Assembly (NCBI GenBank): GCA_014905635.1 | Contig: JABVCE010000003.1 | Span: forward strand, 186,001 to 250,000 | DNA from: Scenedesmus sp. PABB004 | Lineage: Eukaryota | Direction of reading: 5' to 3' | Length of the DNA stretch: 64,000 bases | Shown here: one piece after another, positions 37,484-48,542 of the stretch | Layout of the letters: each line of letters begins with the position of its first letter | How positions within the stretch are numbered: position 1 is the stretch's first letter | Program-made: the position numbers and the translations under genes | Notes under the pieces: model-generated | Seen by the model: the letters and a program-made list of their open reading frames with translations, nothing else | Database searches by the model: none | Told to the model about the DNA's origin: nothing

Positions 37484-38219
37484 GCGGCGGCGGCGGCGGC
37501 CACGAGCCCCTGGGCCGCAGCCCACGCAGCAGCCTGCTGGGGGGCCTGGGGCCGGGCCCGTCCGGCGGCGGCGTGGCGCCGCGCGCCGCGCTCGACTGGC
37601 GGCACGTCGTGGCCGAGGCGTGGCGGCTGGCGGCCGCAATGGTGCTGGTTTATGTCGTGACGCTGTCCATCTTCCCGGGCGTGCTCGCTGAAGACACGCG
37701 GGTGGGTGCGCAGCGCGAGCCACCACCAACGCGGCCCGGCACCGCCGCCGACGCGCTGGAAGCCGATGCCCGCGCCGCCTTCGCCGCGCGAGCCGCCGCC
37801 GCCGCCGCGACGCGCCGCCGCAACTGCGGCAGAGCTCTGTGCTGGGCAGCTGGTACCCCATCCTGCTCATCACGGCGTTCAACGTGGCCGACCTGGCCGG
37901 CAAGAATGTGCCGCTCTTCGGGCTGCCCCTGCGCGCGGCGGCGCGGCCGGGCGTGCTGCTCGCTGCAGCGGCCGCGCGTGCCGCTTTTGTGCCGGCGTTC
38001 CTGTTCGCCGGCCGCAACGCGTCGTCGGCGGTGGGCATCATGACCGCCCTCACCGTGTGCCTGGGCCTGTCCAACGGCTTCATGACCGCGCTGCTGATGG
38101 TCGCCGCGCCCGCGAGCGTGGAGTCGGACGAGGCGGGGCTGGTCGAGGGCGTCATGGTCTTTGCGCTCGTGCTGGGCCTCACGCTGGGCGCGGCGGCCGG
38201 GTTCCTCTGGCTCCTCTGA
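35861..38219 (+). CDS. ENT: Equilibrative nucleoside transporter (ENT/SLC29), copy 1; apparent +1 shift in (GGC)n near 37483
   Basis: YFTLGSGVLAPWNAFITA/ADYY; DGLSQGAVYADAAQLPPRYT; GTASSGVLICLLRIATKA; YVVTLSIFPG; WYPILLITAFNVADLAGK; LGLSNGFMT; LVLGLTLGAAAGFLWLL*. Confidence 0.9.
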
Positions 38220-38724
38220 CGGCGCTGCACTCGGCCCGGGCGCGCGGGTGGCAGGCGGCGCGCACAGCCCGCGCGCGGAGGCGTGCTGCGCGCGGGGCGC
38301 CGCCGGCCGGGTGACTCCCCGCCCCAATGGCGGGGACGAGCGGAGCGGTCCGCGCAGACGCAGCCTGGCGCTGCCCAGCGCGCTGGCGTGCGACCGCGCT
38401 GGTGTGATCTGGGCGCAGCATGTCGTTCAAAGTTTGAGCGCAAACCAAGCGCGAGTGCCGCCCCTGCGCCGCCACAAAGCGGCGCGTCCACCGGCGGCCC
38501 GCCCTCCCGTCGCGGCCCCACCCTCGCTCCCCACCCTCTCGCAGCCCTGCACGCCAGGCTCGGCCGCCGTCGGCACCCACTGCTGCCATCGCTCGCCACT
38601 GCGTGTACCGCCACCGCGGCGCACCTGCAGCCTGCCGACACGCCAGACGCAACCCGCTCGCACGCCCTGCCGAGCGCCGCCGCGCTAGACCTCATCGCAG
38701 CGTCGTCTATTTGAGCTGCGCGCC

Positions 38725-39853
38725 ATGGCATCGCAGGTGCGGTGCCGCCCGCCCACGCGCCGCGCCGCCGAGGGCCGGCGCCCGGCGCGGTGCTTGCGCA
38801 CGACCCCTCTGCCCCTCTCCGCGCGGCCGCGTGGCCGGCCGGCGCCCGGCGCGGCTCGTGCTGCGCCCGCCCACACCCGAGCTGCTGCCGCGCCCGCAGT
38901 GCGAGCCCGAGGCCCGCCGCGGCCTGGCGCTGGTCCCCACCGACGGCGACGGCTCCGCCTGCCCCTCCACGGTCGGCAGCGGCCGCTGCAGCCCCGCCAG
39001 CAGCGGGCCGTGCAGCCCCGCGGGCGGCGGCCGCTCTGTGCCGGTCGAGGCGCTCGCGGAGGCGCTCTCGTGCGGCCTGTGCAGCGGGCCCGTGGCCAGC
39101 AGCCTGGTGCTGAGCTGCAGCCACATCTTTTGCGGCGCCTGCCTCGCGACCTTCCTGCAGACGCGCCCCGCGTGCCCCACGTGCTCCATGGAGCTGCGCG
39201 GCCTGCCCGTGCGCTGCCTCGCCATCGACAAGGTCGCCGCCGCCATGCTGCCCGCGCTCGACCCCGACGCGCGCGACGCGCACGCGCGCCGCCAGCGCGA
39301 CGGCGCGGGCGCGGCTGACAAGGTCAACAAGATGTTTTGGCACCTCGCGCCGCCGCCCCTGCCGCCCGCCGGCGGCGCCGCCGCCGGCGCCCCGGGCGGC
39401 CTCGACTTTGGCGGCGGCCTGGCGGCGCTCGACGGCGGCGCGCTCGGCGGCGCCCCCCACCCCGGCGCGCTCGGCGGCGGCCTGCACGGCCGGCACGGCG
39501 CGCCGGCGGGCGGGCACTTTGGCGGCCTGCTGCCGCCGCTCGGCGGCGGCATGCACGCCGGCGCCGCGCCCAGCGCGCAGATGCTGCACCTCGCCATGGC
39601 GGCGCAGCAGATGGCGCAGGCACAGCAGCTGGCGCAGGCGCAGCAGATGGCGCACATGCAGCAGATGGCGCACGTGGCGCAGCAGCTGGGCGGCGTGGGC
39701 CTCGGCCCCGCGTGCCGCCAGGCGCCGCAGCCCGACGGGGGGCTCGCGCAGGCCGCGTTCATGGCGGGCCTGGGCGTGTCGGCGCCCCTCGTGGGCCCGG
39801 GTCACCAGGACCTGCAGCAGCTCAGCACCGTGATGAGCCTCTGCCAGGTGTGA
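38725..39853 (+). CDS. C3HC4 RING-finger protein with G/Q-rich C-terminus, 2 exons
   Basis: MASQ, intron 38737-38898, then ..LSCGLCSGPVASSLVLSCSHIFCGACLATFLQTRPACPTC..RCLAIDKV. Confidence 0.85.
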
Positions 39854-40400
39854 GGCGAGCGCGGAGCGGCACGGCCGGGGCACCACGCGCTGCTGCGGCG
39901 CGCGGCCGACGGCCCGCGCCGCCGGCAGGCGTGCAGCGCCGCGCGTGCGGGGGCAGGCGGGCGGGGCGGCCGCGGCAGGGGCAGACCGGGTCGGACGGGG
40001 GCGGGGGGGGGGGCGTAGGCAGCCAGCGCATCTGGTAGAGCCAGGCACTCGGTAGGGATAGGACGGTGACGGTGGCGGCGGCGGCGCCCGCCTGGCTGCA
40101 CAGACCAGCACAGACAGCACAGACAGGACAGACGCACTGCGGCCGCTAGCGCGGCGGTGCCGGACAGCCGGGCTCGCGAGAGATGCGGCCCGGCGCTCGC
40201 AGGTTGTGCAGGGATGCGGTTGGGCGCGCGCGCGCCGCAGGACGCGCGCGCACGAGCGCGCGCGGCGGCGGCGGGGCGGCGCGACATGTATAAACAAACA
40301 AACACACCACCAAAAGTGCACACAACCCGGACGTCGAGTAACGTTGGTCTGTCGGCTGTGCGTTACACAGCCGCCCGACGAGCGCAGCGCATCGCTCAGC

Positions 40401-40468
40401 TCAGCTGGCGGGGCGGCCGTGGAACACGTCCACCACGTCGCCCTGCGGCGGCCGCGGCGGCCAGCCCC

Positions 40469-40501
<33 letters not shown>

Positions 40502-40820
40502 CCGCCGCGCCGCGCTGCCAGCCACCCGGGGGCGGCGGCCCGCTGCGCGGCGAGCGCGGCCGCCGCGGGGCCGCGGCGCCGTAGCCGGGGTCTGCGCCGA
40601 GCAGGACCGCGCTGACGCCAAAGACCTGCGTCGCCGTGTACGCCGCGAGCGCCGCGCCGCCCACGGGCAGCACAAACTGTGGGCGGCGCGCGGCGGCGGG
40701 CGTGAGCCGTGGCGGCGGGCGCGAGCGCGGCATGGCGCCGGGCGCGCGCCGCACGTTGAGCACGCCCTTGAGCAGGCCCAGCGCCAGCAGCAGCAGCGCG
40801 CCCTTCACGCTGACCTCAAT
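40401..40820 (-). pseudogene. 5'-truncated duplicate of the 44928-45714 gene
   Basis: The last two exons (IEVSVKGALLLLALGLLKGVLN/FVLPVGG..) are present. The first exon and ATG are replaced by the duplication junction. Confidence 0.75.
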
Positions 40821-41364
40821 CTGCGGCAGCGCCAGGCGCGCGGGTCGCCGAGCGCCGGGCGCGGGTTGGCCCGGGCGTGCGCCGCCGCTGCCGCTGCCAG
40901 CGGCGCTGTCGACGTCGTCGCCACCGTCAGCGACGAGCACGAAGCTGTCGTCGCCAGCACGAGGCGCCCCGGTCGCGCCTGACCGCTGGCCGCCCGGCCG
41001 GTGATCGGCGAGATCGGCGTCACCCGTCCTCGTGCGTCACCCGTCCTCGTGCGCGCGGCCACAGCGCCTGGCGCGCCCCGTGGCCACTGACACTTCCTGC
41101 TGCCCGGAGCGTGGGCGCAGCCTGAGCAGCGGGCGGGATCCGGGCTCGCGCGCGCGTCGCGCCCGGAACGCTGCTCCGAGTTTGGGGGCGCGCGAGCAGC
41201 GTGTGCGGTCGGCGTCTGGAGAGCGCGGAAGCCCTAGCCGGTGCTTCCAGGGCTCTCTCTCTTTCCTGCCGCCACCCGCGCGGCCCCTCCCCACAAAACA
41301 CACCCGCGCCCGCTGCCGCAGTACGACGCTGCCGGCAGCAGCGTTTGCGCCACAGCAGCACAAA

Positions 41365-43764
41365 ATGCACGCGCCGGGCTCGCCAGCGGCGGGCGCGGCC
41401 TCGCCGCCGTGCTGGCGGCTCACCGTGGCGCCGCCGCTCACCGTGGCGCCGTCGCTCAAGGCGAGCTGCTGCGGCGGCTGCACGAGGGCCCGGCTGCGCG
41501 CGCCACGCGCGCCACGGCGGCGCAATGGTGGGCCGCCACGGCGGCGCCGCCGCTGGTCACACCGCCGCGCGCGCGGGCGCCCGGGGCCCGCGCCCGCGCA
41601 GGACCGGCACACCGGCCTCGCGTACGCCTGCTACTTCACGCTCGGCAGCGGCGTGCTGGCGTCCTGGAACGCCTTCATCACCGGTGCGGCGCGCCCTGAC
41701 AGGGCCAGTGACCCCGCGGCGCGCGGCGGCGCCCCGGCGCGCGGCGAGCCGCCCGCGTGTGACGCGCCGCCGGGGCCGCGCGCCGCGGTGCGCGCACCGC
41801 CCCGCAGCCGCCGACTACTACGAAGCCGTCTTCCCCGGCCGCCACGTCGACCGCCTCTTCACGGTGAGGCAGGGATCCCGAAAGCAGCCCAGGCGGCCCA
41901 GGGCAGGGCGCCGCCGAGCGCGGCGGGGCGCGGCGCGGCGGCGCCGCCCCAGCGCCGTCTGACGCGCTGCGCGGACCGGCGCGGCGCGGCGGTTGCGTTG
42001 TTGTTGTTGTTGTTGTTGCACAACAACCGGTCCGCGCCGCGCGTCAGGTGACGTACCTGCCCATCTGCCTCGTGGTGCTGGGCGCGATGGTCCGCTGGAA
42101 CGGCCTGCCCCTGCGCCCACGCATCCTCACCGCCTTTGCCGGCTTCACCGCCGTCATGCTCGTCGTGCCGCTCGTGCGCCCCACGCCCCGCGCCGCGCCG
42201 CTGCCGCCGCTGCCCGGCGCGGGCGCCCGCCACGCGGCGCGCGCCGACCGCCCCAACCGCGCCGACCGCGCGCCCGGCGCGCCCGCGGCCGCAGGTGGAC
42301 GGCGTGCTGGTGGGCACCGAGGGCGTGGGCCCGCCCGCCGCGCTCGGCGTGCTCCTCGCCTGCGTCGCCGCGATCGGCGTGCTGGATGGCCTGAGCCAGG
42401 GCGCGGTCTACGCTGACGCGGCGCAGCTGCCGCCGCGCTACACGCACGTGCGCGCTGCTGCTGGCAGCGCGCCAGCCCGCGGCGGAGAGGGCGGCGCGGG
42501 CGGGGCACGTCCCGCGCCGCGCGCCCCACGCGCGCGCCGGCCCCGCCGCCCGCGGCGCTCCGCACGGGCGCAGGCTGTTGTCGGCGGCACGGCGAGCTCG
42601 GGCGTGCTCATCTGCCTCCTGCGCATTGCGACCAAGGCCAGCCGGCCGGCGACGAGGGCTGGGCTGCGCCACAGCACGGCCCTGTACTTTGCTGCCGCCG
42701 GCTGCATCAGCGCCGTGTGCTGGGTGATCTTCCACTCGGTGCTGCCCCGCCTGGGCGTGGTGCGCCACTTCCGCGCGGCCGCGGCAGGTGCGCCGTGCTG
42801 CGCCGCGCCGCGCCGCGGCGTGCGCTGTGCCACGGCGGCGTCTGCGGCCTCATTTGCTCCGCCGCCGCCACCGCCGCCGTGGGCGCAGGGGAGAAGCTGG
42901 TTGAGCTCAGCCCGCAGCCGAGCCTGCGCCACGACGAGCCGCCCGTGGCGCTTGAGGTGGCTACGGCCGACGACCAGGTGCGGCCGCCCCAGCGCGCTGA
43001 CGGCACGGCGCGGCGTGCGCCTTGCTCGCGGTTGGGGTCACGTGCTGCTGCCACCGCCGCTGTCGCCGCCCCGCAGCGCCCGCTGGGGGCCTGGGGCCGG
43101 GCCTGTCCGGCGGCGGCGTGGCGCCGCGCGCCGCGCTTGACTGGCGGCGCGTCGTGGCCAAGGCGTGGCGGCTGGCGGCCGCAATGGTGCTGGTTTATGT
43201 CGTGACGCTGTCCATCTTCCCGGGCGTGCTCGCTGAAGACACGCGGGTGGGTGCGCAGCGCGAGCCACCACCAACGCGGCCCGGCACCGCCGCCGACGCG
43301 CTGGAAGCCGATGCCCGCGCCGCCTTCGCCGCGCGAGCCGCCGCCGCCGCCGCGACGCGCCGCCGCAACTGCGGCAGAGCTCTGTGCTGGGCAGCTGGTA
43401 CCCCATCCTGCTCATCACGGCGTTCAACGTGGCCGACCTGGCCGGCAAGAATGTGCCGCTCTTCGGGCTGCCCCTGCGCGCGGCGGCGCGGCCGGGCGTG
43501 CTGCTCGCTGCAGCAGCCGCGCGTGCCGCTTTTGTGCCGGCGTTCCTGTTCGCCGGCCGCAACGCGTCGTCGGCGGTGGGCATCATGACCGCCCTCACCG
43601 TGTGCCTGGGCCTGACCAACGGCTTCATGACCGCGCTGCTCCTGGTCGCCGCGCACGCGAGCGTGGAGTCGGACGAGGCGGGGCTGGTCGAGGCCGTCAT
43701 GGTCTTTGCGCTCGTGCTGGGCCTCACGCTGGGCGCGGCGGCCGGGTTCCTCTGGCTCCTCTGA
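41365..43764 (+). CDS. ENT: Equilibrative nucleoside transporter copy 2; ~143-bp deletion in the central-loop exon with an apparent frameshift (possible pseudogene)
   Basis: Same exon set as copy 1, with APWN changed to ASWN and KASLP to KASRP. The exon from 43077 lacks the equivalent of 37399-37541 and reads out of frame. Confidence 0.75.
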
Positions 43765-44269
43765 CGGCGCTGCACTCGGCCCGGGCGCGCGGGTGGCAGG
43801 CGGCGCGCACAGCCCGCGCGCGGAGGCGTGCTGCGCGCGGGGCGCCGCCGGCCGGGTGACTCCCCGCCCCAATGGCGGGGACGAGCGGAGCGGTCCGCGC
43901 AGACGCAGCCTGGCGCTGCCCAGCGCGCTGGCGTGCGACCGCGCTGGTGTGATCTGGGCGCAGCATGTCGTTCAAAGTTTGAGCGCAAACCAAGCGCGAG
44001 TGCCGCCCCTGCGCCGCCACAAAGCGGCGCGTCCACCGGCGGCCCGCCCTCCCGTCGCGGCCCCACCCTCGCTCCCCACCCTCTCGCAGCCCTGCACGCC
44101 AGGCTCGGCCGCCGTCGGCACCCACTGCTGCCATCGCTCGCCACTGCGTGTACCGCCACCGCGGCGCACCTGCAGCCTGCCGACACGCCAGACGCAACCC
44201 GCTCGCACGCCCTGCCGAGCGCCGCCGCGCTAGACCTCATCGCAGCGTCGTCTATTTGAGCTGCGCGCC

Positions 44270-44430
44270 ATGGCATCGCAGGTGCGGTGCCGCCCGCCCA
44301 CGCGCCGCGCCGCCGAGGGCCGGCGCCCGGCGCGGTGCTTGCGCACGACGCCTCTGCCCCTCTCCGCGCGGCCGCGTGGCCGGCCAGCGCCCGGCGCGGC
44401 TCGTGCTGCGCCCGCCCACACCCGAGCTGC
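44270..44430 (+). pseudogene. RING gene remnant (exon 1 and part of intron only)
   Basis: MASQ exon and intron match 38725-38885, then the sequence jumps to the equivalent of ~39904. About 1.0 kb, including all of exon 2, is deleted. Confidence 0.85.
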
Positions 44431-44927
44431 GGCCGCCGGCCCGCGCCGCCGGCAGGCGTGCAGCGCCGCGCGTGCGGGGGCAGGCGGGCGGGGCGGCCGC
44501 GGCAGGGGCAGACCGGGTCGGACGGGGGCGGGGGGGGGGGCGTAGGCAGCCAGCGCAGCTGGTAGAGCCAGGCACTCGGTAGGGATAGGACGGCGACGGT
44601 GGCGGCGGCGGCGCCCGCCTGGCTGCACAGACCAGCACAGACAGCACAGACAGGACAGACGCACTGCGGCCGCTAGCGCGGCGGTGCCGGACAGCCGGGC
44701 TCGCGAGAGATGCGGCCCGGCGCTCGCAGGTTGTGCAGGGATGCGGTTGGGCGCGCGCGCGCCGCAGGACGCGCGCGCACGAGCGCGCGCGGCGGCGGCG
44801 GGGCGGCGCGACATGTATAAACAAACAAACACACCACCAAAAGTGCACACAACCCGGACGTCGAGTAACGTTGGTCTGTCGGCTGTGCGTTACACAGCCG
44901 CCTGACGAGCGCAGCGCATCGCTCAGC

Positions 44928-44995
44928 TCAGCTGGCGGGGCGGCCGTGGAACACGTCCACCACGTCGCCCTGCGGCGGCCGCGGCGGCCAGCCCC

Positions 44996-45037
<42 letters not shown>

Positions 45038-45714
45038 CCGCCGCGCCGCGCTGCCAGCCACCCGGGGGCGGCGGCCCGCTGCGCGGCGAGCGCGGCCGCC
45101 GCGGGGCCGCGGCGCCGTAGCCGGGGTCTGCGCCGAGCAGGACCGCGCTGACGCCAAAGACCTGCGTCGCCGTGTACGCCGCGAGCGCCGCGCCGCCCAC
45201 GAGCAGCACAAACTGTGGGCGGCGCGCGGCGGCGGGCGTGAGCCGTGGCGGCGGGCGCGAGCGCGGCATGGCGCCGGGCGCGCGCCGCACGTTGAGCACG
45301 CCCTTGAGCAGGCCCAGCGCCAGCAGCAGCAGCGCGCCCTTCACGCTGACCTCAATCTGCGGAAGCGCCGGGCGCGGGCGGGCGGCACGCGGGCGGTCGG
45401 CACGCGGTCGGCGCGCGGGCCGTCCGCCGCTGCCGGCCCACCTTGGCGCGTGGCGCGCCGGGCGGCGCCAGGCTCTGCAGCACGTCCGCTGCGCGCTCCA
45501 CCACGGCGCCCGCGCCACGAGCGACGCTGGCGGCCAGCGAGTCGAGCATGCCGCCCAGCGGGTCGCCGCCGGGCTGCTGGGGCGGCGCGCTGCTGCTGTA
45601 TGCCCGCGCCGGTGCCGCGCCGCCGCGCCGCTGCTGCCGCGCCTGCTGCGGCAGCGCCTGGCGGCGTCCAGCAGGCGCCGGGGCCGGGCGGGAAGGGCGC
45701 TGGCGCAGGAGCAT
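44928..45714 (-). CDS. Hypothetical membrane protein with transit-peptide-like N-terminus, 3 exons
   Basis: MLLRQRPSRPAP..ARAYSSS..LQSLAPPGAPRAK/IEVSVKGALLLLALGLLKGVLN/FVLLVGGAALAAYTATQVFG..GDVVDVFHGRPAS*; TGTAA on the minus strand at ~44890. Confidence 0.7.
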
Positions 45715-46094
45715 GACGCCGGCGTGCGGGCGTGCGCCGCTGCTGCCGGGCTGCGTGGGCGCTGGTGTTGGCGCGGGCTGCTAGACGAAGGGCTTCGCCG
45801 TGGCAGTGGAGCTGCCGCCACGCGCGGCGGCAAGAGCCACAGCGGCGGTGCCGTGACGGCGGCAGCGGCGAGGCTTCAGCGCAGCGCCCGCTGGCTGGCC
45901 GCCCCGCGCCCGCCCCGGCTCCCCACCACACCCCCCGAGCGCACGCCGCAGCACAGCCGGCAGCACTTTCGGGCACACGCCGCGGCGGCGAGAGCAGCAG
46001 CGGCGGTCGGACTCTCGCTCCCTCCACGCGCCCCTGCCGGCCCCCCGCACGGCGCAGCGCTGCCCGTCAGTTTCGGTCTCGGGGCTCTGTTGCA

Positions 46095-46695
46095 ATGGCC
46101 TCAAAGGCGCGGCGGCGCTTAGCGCGGGAGAGCGACGGCAGCAGCGGCGCTGACCGGCCCACCGGCCCCCGCCCACGGCTCTGCCGCGCCGCCCGCGCAC
46201 AGGCCTCCACGCTGGGCGACCCGCGGCGGCCGCAGGACGTGCACAAGTACAGGAAGCCGGCCGGCGACGACACGCCGAGCGTGGCCACGCTGCTGTGCGT
46301 GCTGCTGTCGATGGGCAGCATCATGCTGCGGGTGCGCGCCCGCCCAGCAAGCGGCGCTGCACGCCGCGCCCCAGCCGCGCACACCGCGCGGCCCGCGGCC
46401 CGCGCGCCGCGCGCCGCGCGCCGCCCACACCGCGGCTCGCGCGCTGCGTGCCGCGCGCCGCCAGGCCAAGGCGCTCGCGTGGGCGGCCATCTTCGGCGGC
46501 CTGGTCACCCTTGCGAACAGCGCGGGGTCGAGCGCGGACTCGAAGCAGGTCGTCATGGCCCTCACGTTTGCGGGGATGGGGCTGCTGAACAACTATTTCA
46601 TGCCGCCGCCGGGGCAGCTCGGGGCGCCGCCCGCCGCGCCCGGCGGCGCGGCGCCCGGCGGGGTGGCGGACGGCGGCGCCGAGCCGGCCTCGTGA
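46095..46695 (+). CDS. WDR83OS: Asterix (PAT complex subunit, WDR83OS/UPF0139), 3 exons
   Basis: MASK/ASTLGDPRRPQDVHKYRKPAGDDTPSVATLLCVLLSMGSIMLR/AKALAWAAIFGGLVTLANSAGSSADSKQVVMALTFAGMGLLNNYF. Confidence 0.85.
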
Positions 46696-46770
46696 CGCGC
46701 GGCGCGCGGCGGCGGGCGGCGCCGGGCGACCGCGGCTCTGAAACAGCGAGCTTGCGCACGTGCGCGGAGG

Positions 46771-47646
46771 TTACACACGGCTGCCGCCCCCGGCCGCGTC
46801 GCCGCCGCCGCGCGGCTCGCCAGCTGCCGCCGCCCCCGCGGGCGCCCTGGTGGCGGGCCGGGCGTTCCGGAAGCGCAGCGGCCCCACGCGGCCCAGCCCA
46901 TCGCCGCGCGGCGCCTCGCTGCGGCGCGGCAGCGCGTCGTCGGCGCCCTTCTCGCGCGCCTGCGGGGCGCGCGCGCGCGTGCGTCACGCCGCCGCCGCGG
47001 CCGCCCCGTCCACCGCCCCGCCGCGCCCCGTCGCGACCCCCGCCGCGCCCCGCGCGCCGCGCCGCGCGGGCCGCACGGCGATTATGTCATCCACGATCTC
47101 CCGAATGCCCGCGCCGCGGTCGCGCACGCCCAGCTCCTCGTAGTCCTCTGTCACCAGGTTGTCCACGCCCGCGCGCAGCTGCCGGCTGCTCAGCAGCTGC
47201 ACCGCGCCTAGGCCTGGCGGCGGCGGCGGCGGCGGCGCTCGGCGGCGGCGGCGGCGGCGGCGGCGCTCAGCGCGCGCGTCGCCCGCGGGCGAGGAGCAGC
47301 GTCCTGGCCCCACCCCGCCCCCGCCCCGCGCGCACGCCGGGCGTATGGCAGGCGGGCGGCGCACCGGTCTTGCCGGTCAGGTAGTCCATGAGCACGTCGG
47401 CGGGTCGAGATCGCTGTCGCTGCTGCCGCTGCCGCTCTCCGACCCGCGCCGCCGCCGGCGCGCGAGCAGCGGGCCCGCCAGCGCCGCCGCGAGCTCCAGC
47501 GCCAGCAGCGCCTTGATCGATGCGACCGCCGCGCGCACTGCGCGGCGGCGCAGCGCCGCGCCCGCCGGCGGCGGCTGCTCGCCGGGGGCTGTCTCAGGCT
47601 CCGCTGGGGGCTCCAGGGCGGGGTGCTGCGCGTCTGGCTGCGTCAT
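46771..47646 (-). CDS. Hypothetical protein; needs a GC-AG intron or a 1-nt correction near 47402
   Basis: MTQPDAQHPALEPP..; ADVLMDYLTGKT/GAVQLLSSRQLRAGVDNLVTEDYEELGVRDRGAGIREIVDDIIA/AREKGADD..GSRV*; GT-AG introns. Confidence 0.55.
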
Positions 47647-47926
47647 GGCGGCAGCGGCAAGCGGCGGCGCCGGCGGCACGAGCAGCGGCGGCCGCGGCGG
47701 CAGCGGCGGCAGGAGGAGCGGTGGCACCGGCGGCGGTGTCGGCGGTGGCGTCGGTGGCACCCGCGGACGACGTTTTCGTGTGGAGTGCGAGCGCCGACGG
47801 TCGGCGCAGCCGGGGCGGGCGTCGTTGCGTCACAACGGCCGTGTCGTCGATGGAGCGCACCGCACAGTCCCGTCACTCGCCTCACTCTGGATCCCAGCGC
47901 CGGGGCAGCCAGGCCCAGCCGGCAGC

Positions 47927-48542
47927 ATGTGCGGCGCCGGCGGCAGCAGCAGCGGCGCGGGCGGCGGCGGCGGCGCGCCAACGCACTACGAGCTGCTGGG
48001 CGTGCCCCGGGACGCGCCCCAGGAGTCTCTCCGCGCGGCCTACCAGGCGCGCGCGCTGGCGCTGCACCCCGACAAGCCGGGCGGCCGCGCCGCAGCGTTC
48101 CAGGCGCTGCAGGCGGCGTGGCAGGTGTGCAGCTGCCGCCGCGCGCTGCCGCCGCGCGCTGCCGCCGCGCGCTGCCGCCGAGCCGGCGCCGAGCCGCCGC
48201 CGCGCGCTTGCGCAGGCGCTGCGCGAGCCGGGGTCGCGCGCGCGGTACGACCACGCGCTGAGCCAGGCGGAGCTGCGGGCGAGCGTGGTGCTGCAGGACG
48301 AGGTCGAGCTGGCTGACATGGAGGAAGAGGAGGACGCAGAGGAGCTTGAGGGCGAGGGGCGGGACGCCAACGCGGGCGCGGCAGGCGGCGGCGGCGGCTG
48401 GTCGTTTGCGTGCCGCTGCGGCGACAGCTACCGCCTCGCCCGGGCGGAGCTCGCGCTCGCGGGCGGGGCAGGCCAGGTCGTGCTGCCCTGCAGGAGCTGC
48501 TCCAACCACATCCTCGTGCGCCTGCCCGGCGACGGCGGCTGA
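47927..48542 (+). CDS. DPH4: Diphthamide biosynthesis protein 4 (J-domain plus CSL zinc finger; DNAJC24)
   Basis: THYELLGV..RALALHPDK..FQALQAAWQ/ALREPGSRARYD; DEVELADM; CRCGDSY..VLPCRSCSNHILV. Confidence 0.92.

Larger units (their letters stand above)
35330..40842 (+). repeat. Tandem segmental duplication, copy 1 (ENT, intact RING gene, 3' part of the membrane-protein gene)
   Basis: Colinear similarity to 40967-45378. The ENT 3' half through the RING 5' end is near-identical; the promoter part is more diverged. Confidence 0.92.
40967..45378 (+). repeat. Tandem segmental duplication, copy 2 (ENT with deletion, RING gene deleted, 3' part of the intact membrane-protein gene)
   Basis: Colinear similarity to 35330-40842. 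Confidence 0.92.

Noticed and set aside
47395..47410. Programmed frameshift in the hypothetical gene (also near 50100 in the bZIP)
   Set aside because: Explained equally well by a 1-nt homopolymer error or a short intron; there is no slippery-site evidence.
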